Shown: positions 49,102 to 58,999 of the stretch, one piece after another
How positions within the stretch are numbered: position 1 is the stretch's first letter
How the letters are laid out: every line of letters begins with the position of its first letter
Assembly (NCBI GenBank): GCA_903864895.1
Contig: CAIPHQ010000167.1
Location: forward strand, 277 to 64,276
DNA from: an uncultured Rhodospirillales bacterium
GTDB taxonomy: Bacteria; Pseudomonadota; Alphaproteobacteria; Acetobacterales; Acetobacteraceae
Reading direction: 5' to 3'
DNA: 64,000 nt
Notes under the pieces: model-generated
Told to the model about the DNA's origin: nothing
The model's database searches: none
Seen by the model: only the letters and a program-made list of their open reading frames with translations
Program-made: the position numbers and the translations under genes

Positions 49102-50133
49102 ATGGCCATCTGGCAATTATTTGGAGGAGATACGTTGAACAATTACCGGCTTGGCGTCACCGGCCCGCGCGTCTCCGCCATCGGCCTCGGCTGCATGGGC
49201 ATGTCGGGCATGTACGGCCCGTCCGACCGTGCGGAGAGCGTCGCCACCATCCATGCGGCCCTCGATGCCGGGGTGACGCTGCTCGATACCGGCGATTTTT
49301 ACGGCATGGGCCACAACGAACTGCTGATCGGCGAGGCGCTGCAGGGCGGCCGCCGGGACCAGGCCATTCTGAGCGTGAAGTTCGGCGCACTGCGCGACCC
49401 TGCAGGTGGCTGGATGGGGTTCGACGCGCGACCGGCGGCGGTGAAGACCTTTCTGGCCTACACGCTGCAACGGCTTGGCGTGGACCATATCGACATCTAC
49501 CGCCCGGCCCGGCTGGACCCGAACGTGCCCATCGAGGACACGATTGGCGCCATCGCTGACATGGTGAAGGCGGGCTACGTGCGCCATATCGGCCTGTCCG
49601 AAGTGGGTGCCCACACCCTCCGCCGCGCGGCGTCTGTGCATCCCATTGTTGATCTGCAAATCGAATACTCACTGCTGTCGCGCGGCATCGAGGCGGCGAT
49701 TCTGCCCGCCTGCCGTGAACTCGGCATCGGCATCACCGCCTATGGCGTGCTGTCACGCGGCCTGCTGGGCGGGCGCTGGCATGCGGCCGGGCCGGGCGAC
49801 TGGCGCGCCCACAGCCCGCGCTTTCAGGGCGAAAACGCGGCGCGCAACCTCGCCTTGGCCGAGACCCTGCGCCATGCGGCGGATCTGCGGGGTGTGACGG
49901 TGGCGCAGGCGGCCATTGCGTGGGTGCTGGCGCAGGGCCACGACATCATTCCGGTGCTGGGGGCCCGCCGCCGCGACCAACTGGCGGAAACGCTGGGCGC
50001 GCTGGCCGTCGATCTGGCCCCGGAGGATCTGGCCGCCATTGAACAGGCGGTGCCGAAGGGTTCGGCAGCGGGCACACGCTATGCCGAGGCGCAGATGGCG
50101 CATCTGGACAGCGAGCGCACCCACGCGGGCTGA
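49102..50133 (+). CDS. aldo/keto reductase
   Basis: IGLGCMGMSG.YG, LDTGDFYG..NE.L.G, and KAGYVRHIGLSE. An alternative TTG start at 49135 follows GGAGGAG. Confidence 0.85.
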   Translation: MAIWQLFGGDTLNNYRLGVTGPRVSAIGLGCMGMSGMYGPSDRAESVATIHAALDAGVTLLDTGDFYGMGHNELLIGEALQGGRRDQAILSVKFGALRDPAGGWMGFDARPAAVKTFLAYTLQRLGVDHIDIYRPARLDPNVPIEDTIGAIADMVKAGYVRHIGLSEVGAHTLRRAASVHPIVDLQIEYSLLSRGIEAAILPACRELGIGITAYGVLSRGLLGGRWHAAGPGDWRAHSPRFQGENAARNLALAETLRHAADLRGVTVAQAAIAWVLAQGHDIIPVLGARRRDQLAETLGALAVDLAPEDLAAIEQAVPKGSAAGTRYAEAQMAHLDSERTHAG

Positions 50134-50136
50134 CGG

Positions 50137-51048
50137 TCAGCCGGGCAGCGCCGCCATGATTTGCAGTGCGGGCGCGTGGTACGGGTGCTGCCTCAGCGCC
50201 CGGTTTGCTGCGGCCCCTGCCGCCTCCGAATCACCGGTGGCCAGCGCCGCCTCGGCTTCGGCGGTATCGCTGGTGATGGCGGCGATCCTGGCCGCGTCGC
50301 CCATCCAGAAAAGGCCGCGTGCGGCGAATTCCCGCGCATGGTGGCTGTGGCGCTGCGCTTCCGCGGACAGGGTGTAGTAACAGGTGTAGGCACCGCTCGC
50401 GGCCCAGTCCGGGTGTTTCAGCAGCGCGGTGAACACCAGCCGGTCCTCGCCGGTGCCGTCCGGGAAGGCGGCCAGCGACCAGTACGGCAGCACGAAATGC
50501 AGCGGTTCGCGGTCCAGCAGCAGCGTGCTGGGGCAGGCGAAGCCGCCGAACCGCGCCGCGTTGATGCCGCGCCCCGGCCCCACCGAATCCCACTCGTCGC
50601 GGCAGATCGGCCAGCCTGTGGCGGCATCGGCCAGCCAGCGATACGAAAACGCCCAGGTCTTGCCCGTAATGGCGGCCAGCAGCGTGGACAGGTGCATGGG
50701 AGCCCACCAGTCATCATCGTCCAGATAGGCCAGATACTTGCTGTTGGCGGCGTAGCTGAGGATGGTGCGCAGGCTGCCGCTGTACTGGTTCGGGAACAGC
50801 CCGCCATGGCGGCGGCTGGTGGAATAACCCAGATCCAGCACCGTCAGCGCACAATGCGCCGGGCAGTCGCGGGCCAGTTCCGCCAGCACCGTCCTGTCGC
50901 CCAGATTCTGGTCGAGCCCGATCAGAATCTGGATGCGCGCATCCGCATCCTGCGCGAACACCGACCGCACCGCGCGCGCCAGCGTGGGCCGCAGCACGGT
51001 GGGCAGCACCACCGCCACGTCGAACGGGCGCTGCATGTCCGTGGCCAC
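50137..51048 (-). CDS. glycosyltransferase family 2-like protein
   Basis: FDVAVVLPTV..R..L.RAVRSV..Q at the N-terminus and a YLDDDDWW (DxD) motif. 303 aa. Confidence 0.65.
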   Translation of the reverse strand: MATDMQRPFDVAVVLPTVLRPTLARAVRSVFAQDADARIQILIGLDQNLGDRTVLAELARDCPAHCALTVLDLGYSTSRRHGGLFPNQYSGSLRTILSYAANSKYLAYLDDDDWWAPMHLSTLLAAITGKTWAFSYRWLADAATGWPICRDEWDSVGPGRGINAARFGGFACPSTLLLDREPLHFVLPYWSLAAFPDGTGEDRLVFTALLKHPDWAASGAYTCYYTLSAEAQRHSHHAREFAARGLFWMGDAARIAAITSDTAEAEAALATGDSEAAGAAANRALRQHPYHAPALQIMAALPG

Positions 51049-51052
51049 CCTG

Positions 51053-51805
51053 TCAGGCCCGGATGTCGTAACCGGCGCTGGAGCGCAGCAAATCCTGCGT
51101 GTGCCGGTGCTGCACCGCGCCGGTGGCCAGCGCGTCCGAACTGGTCAGTTCCACCAGCGCGCCCTGCTGCATCACGCCCACCCGGTCGCACAGATGCGCA
51201 ATCACCGCCAGATCGTGGCTGACCATCAGCATGGTCAGCCCGCGCTCCCGCCGCAGGCGCACCAGCAGGTTCAGAATCTCGGCCTGCACGGAAACGTCCA
51301 GCGCGCTGGTGGGTTCATCGAGCAGCAGGATTTGCGGGGCGACGATCAGGGCGCGCGCGATGGCCACGCGCTGCCGCTGCCCGCCGGAGAGTTGGTGCGG
51401 GAAGCGGAAGCGGTGTTCCGGCCCCAGCCCCACTTCACGCAGCGCGGTGGCAATGCGCTGCTCGCCATCGCCAAGCCCCTGAATCCGCAGCGGGGAGGCG
51501 AGGGTCTGGTCCACCGTCTGGTTCGGGTGCAGCGAGCCGTACGGGTCCTGAAACACCATCTGCACCAGCCGCCGCTGGGCGCGGTTGCGCTGCTTGGGCA
51601 TGGGCTGACCGGCCAGCACCACCTGCCCCTCGGCATGTGGAATCAGCCCGGCGATGGCGCGCAGCACGGTGGATTTGCCGCTGCCCGATTCGCCCACCAG
51701 CCCGAACGCCTCGCCCGGCGGCACGCTGAACGAAATACCGCTCGCCGCCGTCATGCTGTGGCGGCCCTGCCCGTAGCGCACGCTGACCTGTTCCAGCCGG
51801 ATCAC
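51053..51805 (-). CDS. peptide/nickel-type ABC transporter ATP-binding protein (DppF-like)
   Basis: Walker A GESGSGKST, signature LSGGQRQR and Walker B LLLDEP. GTG 51805 overlaps the upstream stop (GTGA); the ORF is open to 51820. Confidence 0.85.
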   Translation of the reverse strand: MIRLEQVSVRYGQGRHSMTAASGISFSVPPGEAFGLVGESGSGKSTVLRAIAGLIPHAEGQVVLAGQPMPKQRNRAQRRLVQMVFQDPYGSLHPNQTVDQTLASPLRIQGLGDGEQRIATALREVGLGPEHRFRFPHQLSGGQRQRVAIARALIVAPQILLLDEPTSALDVSVQAEILNLLVRLRRERGLTMLMVSHDLAVIAHLCDRVGVMQQGALVELTSSDALATGAVQHRHTQDLLRSSAGYDIRA

Positions 51806-52647
51806 GCGCCGTCCGCCCACGCCGGGTCGCGTTGCAGTTGCGGCAGCACGGCGCGGCGGTGGCCGAGTTCGGGCAGTGAATCCAGCAGGCCGCGCGTGTA
51901 GGGGTGCTTCGCCTCCCGCAGCTTGCCGGCCTCACAGGTTTCCACCACGCGGCCCGCATACATCACCAGCACCCGGTCGCAGAATGCCGAGACCAGATGA
52001 AGATTGTGGCTGATCAGGATCAGCCCCATGCCGCGCCCGCGCACCAGTTCGTCCAGTATCGCCAGCACCTGCACCTGCACGGTGGCATCGAGTGCGGAAG
52101 TAGGTTCGTCGGCGATCAGCACGTCGGGGTTGGCGATCAGCATCATCGCGATCATGGCGCGCTGCCCCATGCCGCCCGAGACCTGATGCGGATACAGCGC
52201 GAACACCCGCTCGGGGTCGCGGATGCGTACTGCCTCCAGCATCTCCAGCGCCGCGCGCCTGGCCGCTGCCGTGCCGCCGCCCACATGGGCGCGGTGCGTT
52301 TCCACAATCTGTGCGCCGATGCTCATCACCGGGTTCAGCGCGTATTTCGGGTCCTGCAACACCATCGCCACCCGCCCGCCGCGCAGGCGGCGGAAGCCGC
52401 GCTCGCTCAGGCTTCGCAGATCCACATCGCCGAGCCGCAGTTCATCGGCGGAAATCCGCCCCGGCGGCGGCACCAGACCCATGATGGCCCGCCCGGTGGT
52501 GGACTTGCCCGAGCCGGATTCGCCCACAATCCCGAGCCGTTCGCGGCCAAGGGTAAAACTTACGTCCCGCACCGCGTGCGTATCGCCCTGCGCCGAGGGG
52601 TAGGTGACGCGCAGGTTGCGCACCGTGAGCAGCGGAGCTTCGCTCAT
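51802..52647 (-). CDS. peptide/nickel-type ABC transporter ATP-binding protein (DppD-like)
   Basis: ATG 52647 (MSEAPLLTVRNL..). GESGSGKST, VSGGMGQR and LIADEP. The N-terminal 309 codons of the listed ORF are a spurious overlap with the permease gene. Confidence 0.85.
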   Translation of the reverse strand: MSEAPLLTVRNLRVTYPSAQGDTHAVRDVSFTLGRERLGIVGESGSGKSTTGRAIMGLVPPPGRISADELRLGDVDLRSLSERGFRRLRGGRVAMVLQDPKYALNPVMSIGAQIVETHRAHVGGGTAAARRAALEMLEAVRIRDPERVFALYPHQVSGGMGQRAMIAMMLIANPDVLIADEPTSALDATVQVQVLAILDELVRGRGMGLILISHNLHLVSAFCDRVLVMYAGRVVETCEAGKLREAKHPYTRGLLDSLPELGHRRAVLPQLQRDPAWADGA

Positions 52648-53549
52648 GCCGACCGCGAGTCCGACACGTCGCGCAACCCGTCGCCGAGCAGGTTGAAGCC
52701 GACCGAGGTGATGAAAATGGCGATGCCGGGAATGGTCGCCACCCACCATTGCGTCAGCAGCACCTGCCGTCCGGAAGCGACCATGGCCCCCCATTCCGGC
52801 GCAGGCGGCTGCGCGCCGAGGCCCAGAAACCCGAGGCCCGCCGCGGTGATGATGATGCCCGCCATGTCCAGCGTGAGGCGGATCAGCACTGAGGACAGGC
52901 ACAGCGGCACGATCTGCCGCGCCAGAATGCTGGCGTGGGACGCGCCTTGCAGCACGGCGGCCTGCACGAACTCGGCATTGCGGCGTGTGAGGGTCTCGGC
53001 GCGGGCGAGGCGGGCATAGGGCGGCCACGCCGTGAGTGCGATGGCGATCACCGCGTTCTCGATCCCCGGCCCGAGGGCTGCGGCAAACGCCAGCGCCAGC
53101 ACAAGCCGCGGAAACGCCAGGAAAATATCCGTCAGCCGCATCAGCACCGCATCGATGCTGCCGCCGAAATACCCGGCGGGCAGGCCGATGCCCAAGCCCA
53201 CCGGCACCACGATGGCGCTGACCAGGGCCACGATGGTCAGCGTGATGCGGGAGCCGAACACCACGCGGGCGAACACGTCGCGGCCGAGTTCGTCGGTGCC
53301 GAACCAGTGCGCGGCGGAGGAAGGTTGCAGCCGTTGCGCCAGATTTTGCAGCGTGGCGGCGTTGGGGTCGGCCAGCAGCGGGGCGGCGATGGCGATCAGC
53401 ACAAGGCTTGCCACAATCAGCAGCCCGGCCATGGCGAGGCTGTTGGATTGGAAACTCAGCCACGCCCGGTACCAGCGCCCGAACCGCGCCTGACGGCGGC
53501 TGTGCGGCGCCGGGTCCAGCAGCCAGCCGCGCATTGTGGTGCCGCTCAT
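52644..53549 (-). CDS. ABC transporter permease (DppC-like)
   Basis: 301 aa and six helices. EAA-type loop ..ARAETLTRRNAEFVQAA... ATGA overlaps at both ends. Confidence 0.85.
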   Translation of the reverse strand: MSGTTMRGWLLDPAPHSRRQARFGRWYRAWLSFQSNSLAMAGLLIVASLVLIAIAAPLLADPNAATLQNLAQRLQPSSAAHWFGTDELGRDVFARVVFGSRITLTIVALVSAIVVPVGLGIGLPAGYFGGSIDAVLMRLTDIFLAFPRLVLALAFAAALGPGIENAVIAIALTAWPPYARLARAETLTRRNAEFVQAAVLQGASHASILARQIVPLCLSSVLIRLTLDMAGIIITAAGLGFLGLGAQPPAPEWGAMVASGRQVLLTQWWVATIPGIAIFITSVGFNLLGDGLRDVSDSRSA

Positions 53550-54601
53550 TTGCGGTCCCGCGCCCTTGGGTCAACCAGCGGATACAGCAGGTCGGACAGC
53601 ATGTTCAGCACGATATACACCAGCCCCACCAGCACGGTGCCGCCCAGCACCGCGTTGAGATCGGCGTTGAACAGCGAGTTTTTCATGTAGAGGCCAAGGC
53701 CGGGCCAGGAAAACACCGTCTCGGTCAGCACGGCGCCTTCCAGCAGGCTGCCGAAGGTCAGCGCGATCACGGTGATCAGTTGCACCCATACATTGCCCAG
53801 CGCATGGACCCACACCACGCGAAAGCCGCTGAGCCCCTTGGCCATCGCCGCCAGCACGTATTCCTGCCGCAACTGCCCCAGCATGAAACTGCGCGTCATC
53901 CGCGCCACATAGGCCAGCGACAGGTAGCCGAGGATCGACGCAGGCAGGATCAGGTGACTCAGCGCGTTGGCGAACACCTCATATTCGCCCGCCAGCAGCG
54001 CATCCACGGTGATCATGCCGGTCACGGCCGGTACGATGTCGTCGTAACTCACATCCAGCCGCCCCGGCCCCTCCACCCAGCCGAGCTTGGCGTAGAACAG
54101 CAGCAGCCCGATCAGCCCCAGCCAGAACACCGGCATGGAGTAGCCGAACAGGCTCAGCAGGCGCACCACATGGTCGGGCCAGCGCCCGCGCTGCGTGGCC
54201 GCCACCACGCCCAGCGGCACGCCCAGCACCACGCCGATCGCCAGCGCCAGAAACGCCAGTTCCAGCGTGGCCGGAAACACGTGCAGCATGTCCTGCAACA
54301 CCGGCTGAGACGTGATCACCGAGGTGCCGAAATCGCCGTGCAGCACCTTGGTCAGATAACGCCAGTATTGCACCGGCACCGGCTGATCCAGCCCGATTTC
54401 AATCCGCACCCGGTCATAGGTTTCCACCGACGCCTTCGGGCCGACAATGGCCAGCACCGGGTCGATGGGGATGATGCGGCCGATGAAGAACGTGACGATG
54501 GTCAGACCCAGAAAGGTCAGTACCACCGAGACCAGCGTATTCAGAATGGAGCGGCCGATCCCCAGCAACAGGGACCGGCCGCCTTTTGTGGAAGCCGCCA
54601 A
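53546..54601 (-). CDS. ABC transporter permease (DppB-like)
   Basis: 351 aa. ..YWRYLTKVLHGDFGTS.. and ..ARMTRSFMLGQLRQEYVLAAMAKG.. are typical of family-5 system permeases. Confidence 0.85.
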   Translation of the reverse strand: MAASTKGGRSLLLGIGRSILNTLVSVVLTFLGLTIVTFFIGRIIPIDPVLAIVGPKASVETYDRVRIEIGLDQPVPVQYWRYLTKVLHGDFGTSVITSQPVLQDMLHVFPATLELAFLALAIGVVLGVPLGVVAATQRGRWPDHVVRLLSLFGYSMPVFWLGLIGLLLFYAKLGWVEGPGRLDVSYDDIVPAVTGMITVDALLAGEYEVFANALSHLILPASILGYLSLAYVARMTRSFMLGQLRQEYVLAAMAKGLSGFRVVWVHALGNVWVQLITVIALTFGSLLEGAVLTETVFSWPGLGLYMKNSLFNADLNAVLGGTVLVGLVYIVLNMLSDLLYPLVDPRARDRK

Positions 54602-54604
54602 TGC

Positions 54605-56191
54605 CTAGTGCTTCGCGGTCAGCCGGAAGAAGGTGATGTCTTCAGTCAGACCCGCCTTGAAGCCGGTGACGTTGGCGCGCACGGCAATCGGCTGTGCGCT
54701 CTGGAACATCAGCGCGAACGGCCCGTCGTCGGTCACCTTGCGTTGCAGGTCTTCGTACATGCCCACGCGCTTGGCGGTGTCGAGTTCCTTGGCCGCGTCA
54801 GCGGTTTCCTTGCTGATTTCCGGGATGTACCAGGAATTGCGCCACGCCAGCGGCTTGGACGCCGGCTTGTCCGCGTTGTCGGTGTTGCGGGCGAAGGCGT
54901 CGGCGTTGGTGTGCGGGTCGAAATAGTCCGGACCCCAGTTCACCAGCAGCAGCTGATGCTTGCGTGAGCGGAAGGTACCCAGCACCGCCTTCAGTTCGGC
55001 CGGCTGGATGCTGACCTTCACGCCGCCCTGACCCAGCGTTTGCTGAATCGACTGGGCGATTTCGGTGAACGGCGAACTGTTCGGCGAATCCAGCGTCAGC
55101 GAGAAGCCGTTCGGATACCCGGCTTCGGCCAGCAGCGCCTTCGCCTTGGCAACATCCAGCTTGTACGGGTCATAGTTCAGCGCACCCAGAAAGCCCTGCG
55201 GCAGGAACGTCTGGTGGACGATGAAGCGGCCCTTCAGGAAGCTGTCGGTCATGCCCTGATAGTCGATCAGGTATTTCAGCGCCTGCCGCACCTTCGGGTT
55301 CTTGATGTGCTCCTCGGCGGTGTTCATCGCCATGTACCAGCTGTCCGAGCCGGGGAACACTTCCACCTTCACGTCCTTGTTGCCGGCCAGCGTGGCAAGC
55401 TGATCGGGTGACAGGTCGTGCGCGATGTCCACATCGCCCTTCTGCAGCAGCAGCAACTGCGCCGAGGTTTCCGGCACGTGGCGCACGATGAAGCGCTTGT
55501 TCAGCGGCGCGCCGAAATGGAATTTCGGGTTGGCTTCCAGCACCACGCTCTCATTGGGCTTCCACGCCACCAGCTTGTAGGCACCCGACGCGGCGGAATG
55601 CGACTTCAGCCAGCCATTGCCCAGATCGCCCTTTTCCTCGTGCTCCAGCGCCACCTTCTTCTCGACCACCGAGGCGGTGATGGAGGTCATCAGGTTCAGC
55701 ACCAGCGACGGGGCCAGATCGGCGGTGACGGTGAATTGCAGTGAATCCGGCCCGGTGACCTTCACCAGATCCTTCACGTTGTCCTTGGTCCAGCCCAACT
55801 GCGTGAACAGGAAGGCCGGGGTTTTATCCAGCAGGATCACGCGTTGCAGCGAGAACACCACGTCCTCGGCCGTCACCGGCGCGCCGTCGTGGAACTCCAT
55901 GCCGGCGCGCAGCTTGAAGGTGAACACCTTGCCGTCGGGGCTGATGGTCCAGCTTTCGGCGGCACCGCCGATCAGCTTGGAGACGTCATCGGCTTCATAG
56001 CGCAGCAGGCGATCATAGACGTTGGTGGCAATTTCCACGCCGGTCAGTTCGTAGTCTTCGCCCGGGTCCAGCGTGATGATGTCGTCGATCTGCTTGGCCA
56101 TCACGACGGTGTCGGCCGGGGTGGCGGCATAGGCGGCGGAGACTGCCATAGGCAGCACCATCGCGGCGGCGAGCAAGAGCCTGCGTTTCAT
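54605..56191 (-). CDS. ABC transporter substrate-binding protein, family 5 (peptide/nickel/opine type)
   Basis: Start MKRRLLLAAAMVLPMAVSAAYA (signal peptide). ..DPGEDYELTGVEIATNVYDRLL.. 528 aa. Confidence 0.85.
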   Translation of the reverse strand: MKRRLLLAAAMVLPMAVSAAYAATPADTVVMAKQIDDIITLDPGEDYELTGVEIATNVYDRLLRYEADDVSKLIGGAAESWTISPDGKVFTFKLRAGMEFHDGAPVTAEDVVFSLQRVILLDKTPAFLFTQLGWTKDNVKDLVKVTGPDSLQFTVTADLAPSLVLNLMTSITASVVEKKVALEHEEKGDLGNGWLKSHSAASGAYKLVAWKPNESVVLEANPKFHFGAPLNKRFIVRHVPETSAQLLLLQKGDVDIAHDLSPDQLATLAGNKDVKVEVFPGSDSWYMAMNTAEEHIKNPKVRQALKYLIDYQGMTDSFLKGRFIVHQTFLPQGFLGALNYDPYKLDVAKAKALLAEAGYPNGFSLTLDSPNSSPFTEIAQSIQQTLGQGGVKVSIQPAELKAVLGTFRSRKHQLLLVNWGPDYFDPHTNADAFARNTDNADKPASKPLAWRNSWYIPEISKETADAAKELDTAKRVGMYEDLQRKVTDDGPFALMFQSAQPIAVRANVTGFKAGLTEDITFFRLTAKH

Positions 56192-56270
56192 CGTTGCGAT
56201 CTCCCAAAATCCCTGGCCGCGCATTAGGCAACAGGCCGGTCGTTCCTGCAAGGCTGCCCCGCGCGGGCGA

Positions 56271-57809
56271 TCAGGCGGGAGAGTCCAGCCGCGTCAGCGC
56301 GTGGCTCACCGGGGCCAGTGCCGGATAGAACGGGCGGTAGGCCTGCTGATACAGCGCGCCATAATGCGCCGCCCATGCCGGGTCCGGCTCTACTGTCTCG
56401 ATGGGCTGATCGATGGCGGCCAGTGCCGCATCCAGATCCGCCCACAGGCCCGCTGCCAGCCCGCCCAGCAGTGCAGCCCCCAAGGCGGTGGCTTCCGGCT
56501 CACCGATCACGCTCAGCGCGCGGCCATAGATGCTGGCCTTGATGCGCAGGAACAGCTTGTTGCGGGTGCCGCCGCCGATCACGCGGATTTCGGCGGGCGT
56601 GCCCGCGCCATCTAAGGCTGCCACCGCGTCCAGACATTGCCGCGCCTCGAACGCCAGACCCTCCAGCACGGCACGGAACAGCGCGCCGCGCGTGGTGCCG
56701 GTGGTGAGCCCCGCAAACGCGCCGCGGCTGGCCAGATCCACATTGGGCTGCGTGGCGTAGGCCAGATGCGGCAGGAACAGCGCACCATGGCTGCCGGGCG
56801 GCACGGCGGCGGCCTCGGCGATCAATGAGTCGCGCGCCGCATCGCCCAGCAGACTGCGGAACCATTCCACCGTGCCGCCGGAACTGTTGATGCCCGCGCC
56901 CACATAGGCGAATGGCCGGTGCAGCCGCACCAGACCCTGCCAGAAGCCCTGTTGCCGGTTGGCCGGTGTCACCACCGGCCCGGCGACGGTCATGTACAGC
57001 GCCTCGGCGGTGCCCATGCTGTCCAGCAGCACGCCGGGCCGCCCCGCCCCGGCGGCAAACCCGCCGCACACATGGTCGTGCCCGCCCAGCCCCACCACGG
57101 GCCGCCCCGGCAGCCCGGTTTGCGCCAGCACCGTATCCAGCACCGGCCCCAGACAGGTTCCGGCGGCGCGCAGCGGCGGCAACAGCGACAGGTCCAGCCC
57201 GGCGGCGGCCATCACTTCGCCGGACCACGCGCGCGCGGCGATGGCCAGACACAGCGTGCGAGAGGCGAGCGATTCGTCGCAGGCGGCCACGCCGCTCAGC
57301 CGGAACGCAATCCAGTGGGCCAGATTCAGCACCGTGCGCGCGCGGGCGAACAAATCCGGCTGATGGTCGCGGTGCCACAGCAGTTTGGGCAGGGTCAGCG
57401 TGGGGTCGGCGGGCAAGCCGGTGATCTCGAACAGGCGTTCGGCGCCAATGGCCTGCTCGAACGCCGCCGCCTGCTTTTCGGTGCGCCGGTCGAACCACGT
57501 GATGGCGTGGCCCAGCGGCGCGCCCGCCGCATCCACCAGCACGCAGGCTTCACCCATGCTGGCGCAGGCGATTCCGGCGACCTCGCCGCCCGGCGGCACG
57601 TGGGCGGCAAGTTCGCGCAGGTCTTCGACCACGCAGCGCCACAGCGCCTCGGGGTCGTATTCCGCCTGCCCATCGGCAATCACGATGGCAGGCGTGGGCC
57701 GCGCCGCGCAGGCCACGGTGCGGCCCCGCGCATCCGCGAGCAGCGCGCGGATGCTTTGGGTGCCGAGGTCGATGCCGATAAGGTACTGGGCTATCAAGTT
57801 CGGGGCCAT
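56271..57809 (-). CDS. FGGY-family carbohydrate kinase
   Basis: N-terminal YLIGIDLGTQSIRA. The C-terminal ..IRVIGGGTRNKLFLRIKASIYG.. is typical of xylulokinase/glycerol-kinase-like enzymes. Confidence 0.8.
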   Translation of the reverse strand: MAPNLIAQYLIGIDLGTQSIRALLADARGRTVACAARPTPAIVIADGQAEYDPEALWRCVVEDLRELAAHVPPGGEVAGIACASMGEACVLVDAAGAPLGHAITWFDRRTEKQAAAFEQAIGAERLFEITGLPADPTLTLPKLLWHRDHQPDLFARARTVLNLAHWIAFRLSGVAACDESLASRTLCLAIAARAWSGEVMAAAGLDLSLLPPLRAAGTCLGPVLDTVLAQTGLPGRPVVGLGGHDHVCGGFAAGAGRPGVLLDSMGTAEALYMTVAGPVVTPANRQQGFWQGLVRLHRPFAYVGAGINSSGGTVEWFRSLLGDAARDSLIAEAAAVPPGSHGALFLPHLAYATQPNVDLASRGAFAGLTTGTTRGALFRAVLEGLAFEARQCLDAVAALDGAGTPAEIRVIGGGTRNKLFLRIKASIYGRALSVIGEPEATALGAALLGGLAAGLWADLDAALAAIDQPIETVEPDPAWAAHYGALYQQAYRPFYPALAPVSHALTRLDSPA

Positions 57810-57817
57810 CAGCCCCG

Positions 57818-58987
57818 TTACATCAACGCGACGTCCTTGTCAGCCGCGGCGAATTGCTGCCCGCCGCTGCCGTCTTCCAGCAGATGCAGATCCTGCGCGT
57901 CCCAGCGCGCCACCACCCGGTCACCGATGTCGATCGGGTCGCGGAAATACTCGCCATCCGGCACGTAGGCCACGAATTCCTCGCTGGTGTTCAAATCCAG
58001 CGTGACCTTCACGTAGGTGCCCTGATTCTCGATGGCGTGCACGATGCCCACGGCGGCGTTGGTCTCCTCGCCGTTGCGGTAGGTGTTGTTCTTGGTCAGG
58101 TGGATGCGGTCGCGGCGAATGGCGGCAAACAACTCCGCCCCCTTGGCCGGGCTGCTCTTGCCCAGCGGGAACTGCGCCAAGGCACCTTCGGCGTTGCGCA
58201 CGGTGGCCATGCCGCCGCCCGTGCTTTCCACCCGCCCGGTCAGCACGTTCTGCCCGCCGATGAAGCGCGCCACATAGGCGCTGCGCGGCGCGGTGTAGAT
58301 GTCGCGCGCCGTCGCCGCCTGTTCGATGCGGCCCTGTGTCATCACCACCACCACATCGGCCACCGCAATGGCTTCCAACTGCGTGTGCGTGACATGGATG
58401 AAGGTGATGCCGAGTTCCTTCTGCACGCGCCGCAACTCGCCGCGCATCCGCAGGCGCAGATACTCGTCGAGCGCCGACAGCGGCTCATCGAGCAGCAGCA
58501 CGCGCGGGTTGGTGATCAACGCGCGCGCCAGCGCCACGCGCTGCTGCTGCCCGCCCGACAATTCGGCGGGCAGGCGGTTGGCGAACTTCTCCATATGGAC
58601 TTTTTCGAGCAGTTCGCGCGCCTTGGCGTTGCGATCGTCCTTGCCGAGTCCGCGCATCTTCAGCGCGAAGCCGACATTCTCGATCACACTGCGGTGCGGG
58701 AACAGCGCGTAGCTCTGGAACATCATCGCCGTGCCGCGCTGCACCGGGTCCAGCCCGACCACGGATTGCCCGCCGATGCGCACGTCCCCGCTGGACGGCG
58801 ATTCGTGGCCCGCGATCATGCGCAGAATGGTGGTCTTGCCGCAGCCCGACGGGCCAAGCAGGCAGCAATAGCTGCCATGGTCGATATTCAGGCTCAGATT
58901 GGCGACGGCCGTGGTGTCACGGAACTTCTTGGTGACATTCATCACCTCGATGCGGCCGTTACCGTTTGTGGGGGCGTTCATGCGCAA
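57818..58987 (-). CDS. ABC transporter ATP-binding protein (PotA/MalK-like)
   Basis: GPSGCGKTT, LSGGQQQRVALARAL and LLLDEPLSALD, plus a C-terminal regulatory/OB domain. Confidence 0.85.
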   Translation of the reverse strand: MRMNAPTNGNGRIEVMNVTKKFRDTTAVANLSLNIDHGSYCCLLGPSGCGKTTILRMIAGHESPSSGDVRIGGQSVVGLDPVQRGTAMMFQSYALFPHRSVIENVGFALKMRGLGKDDRNAKARELLEKVHMEKFANRLPAELSGGQQQRVALARALITNPRVLLLDEPLSALDEYLRLRMRGELRRVQKELGITFIHVTHTQLEAIAVADVVVVMTQGRIEQAATARDIYTAPRSAYVARFIGGQNVLTGRVESTGGGMATVRNAEGALAQFPLGKSSPAKGAELFAAIRRDRIHLTKNNTYRNGEETNAAVGIVHAIENQGTYVKVTLDLNTSEEFVAYVPDGEYFRDPIDIGDRVVARWDAQDLHLLEDGSGGQQFAAADKDVALM

Positions 58988-58999
58988 GTCTCCGGCGCG

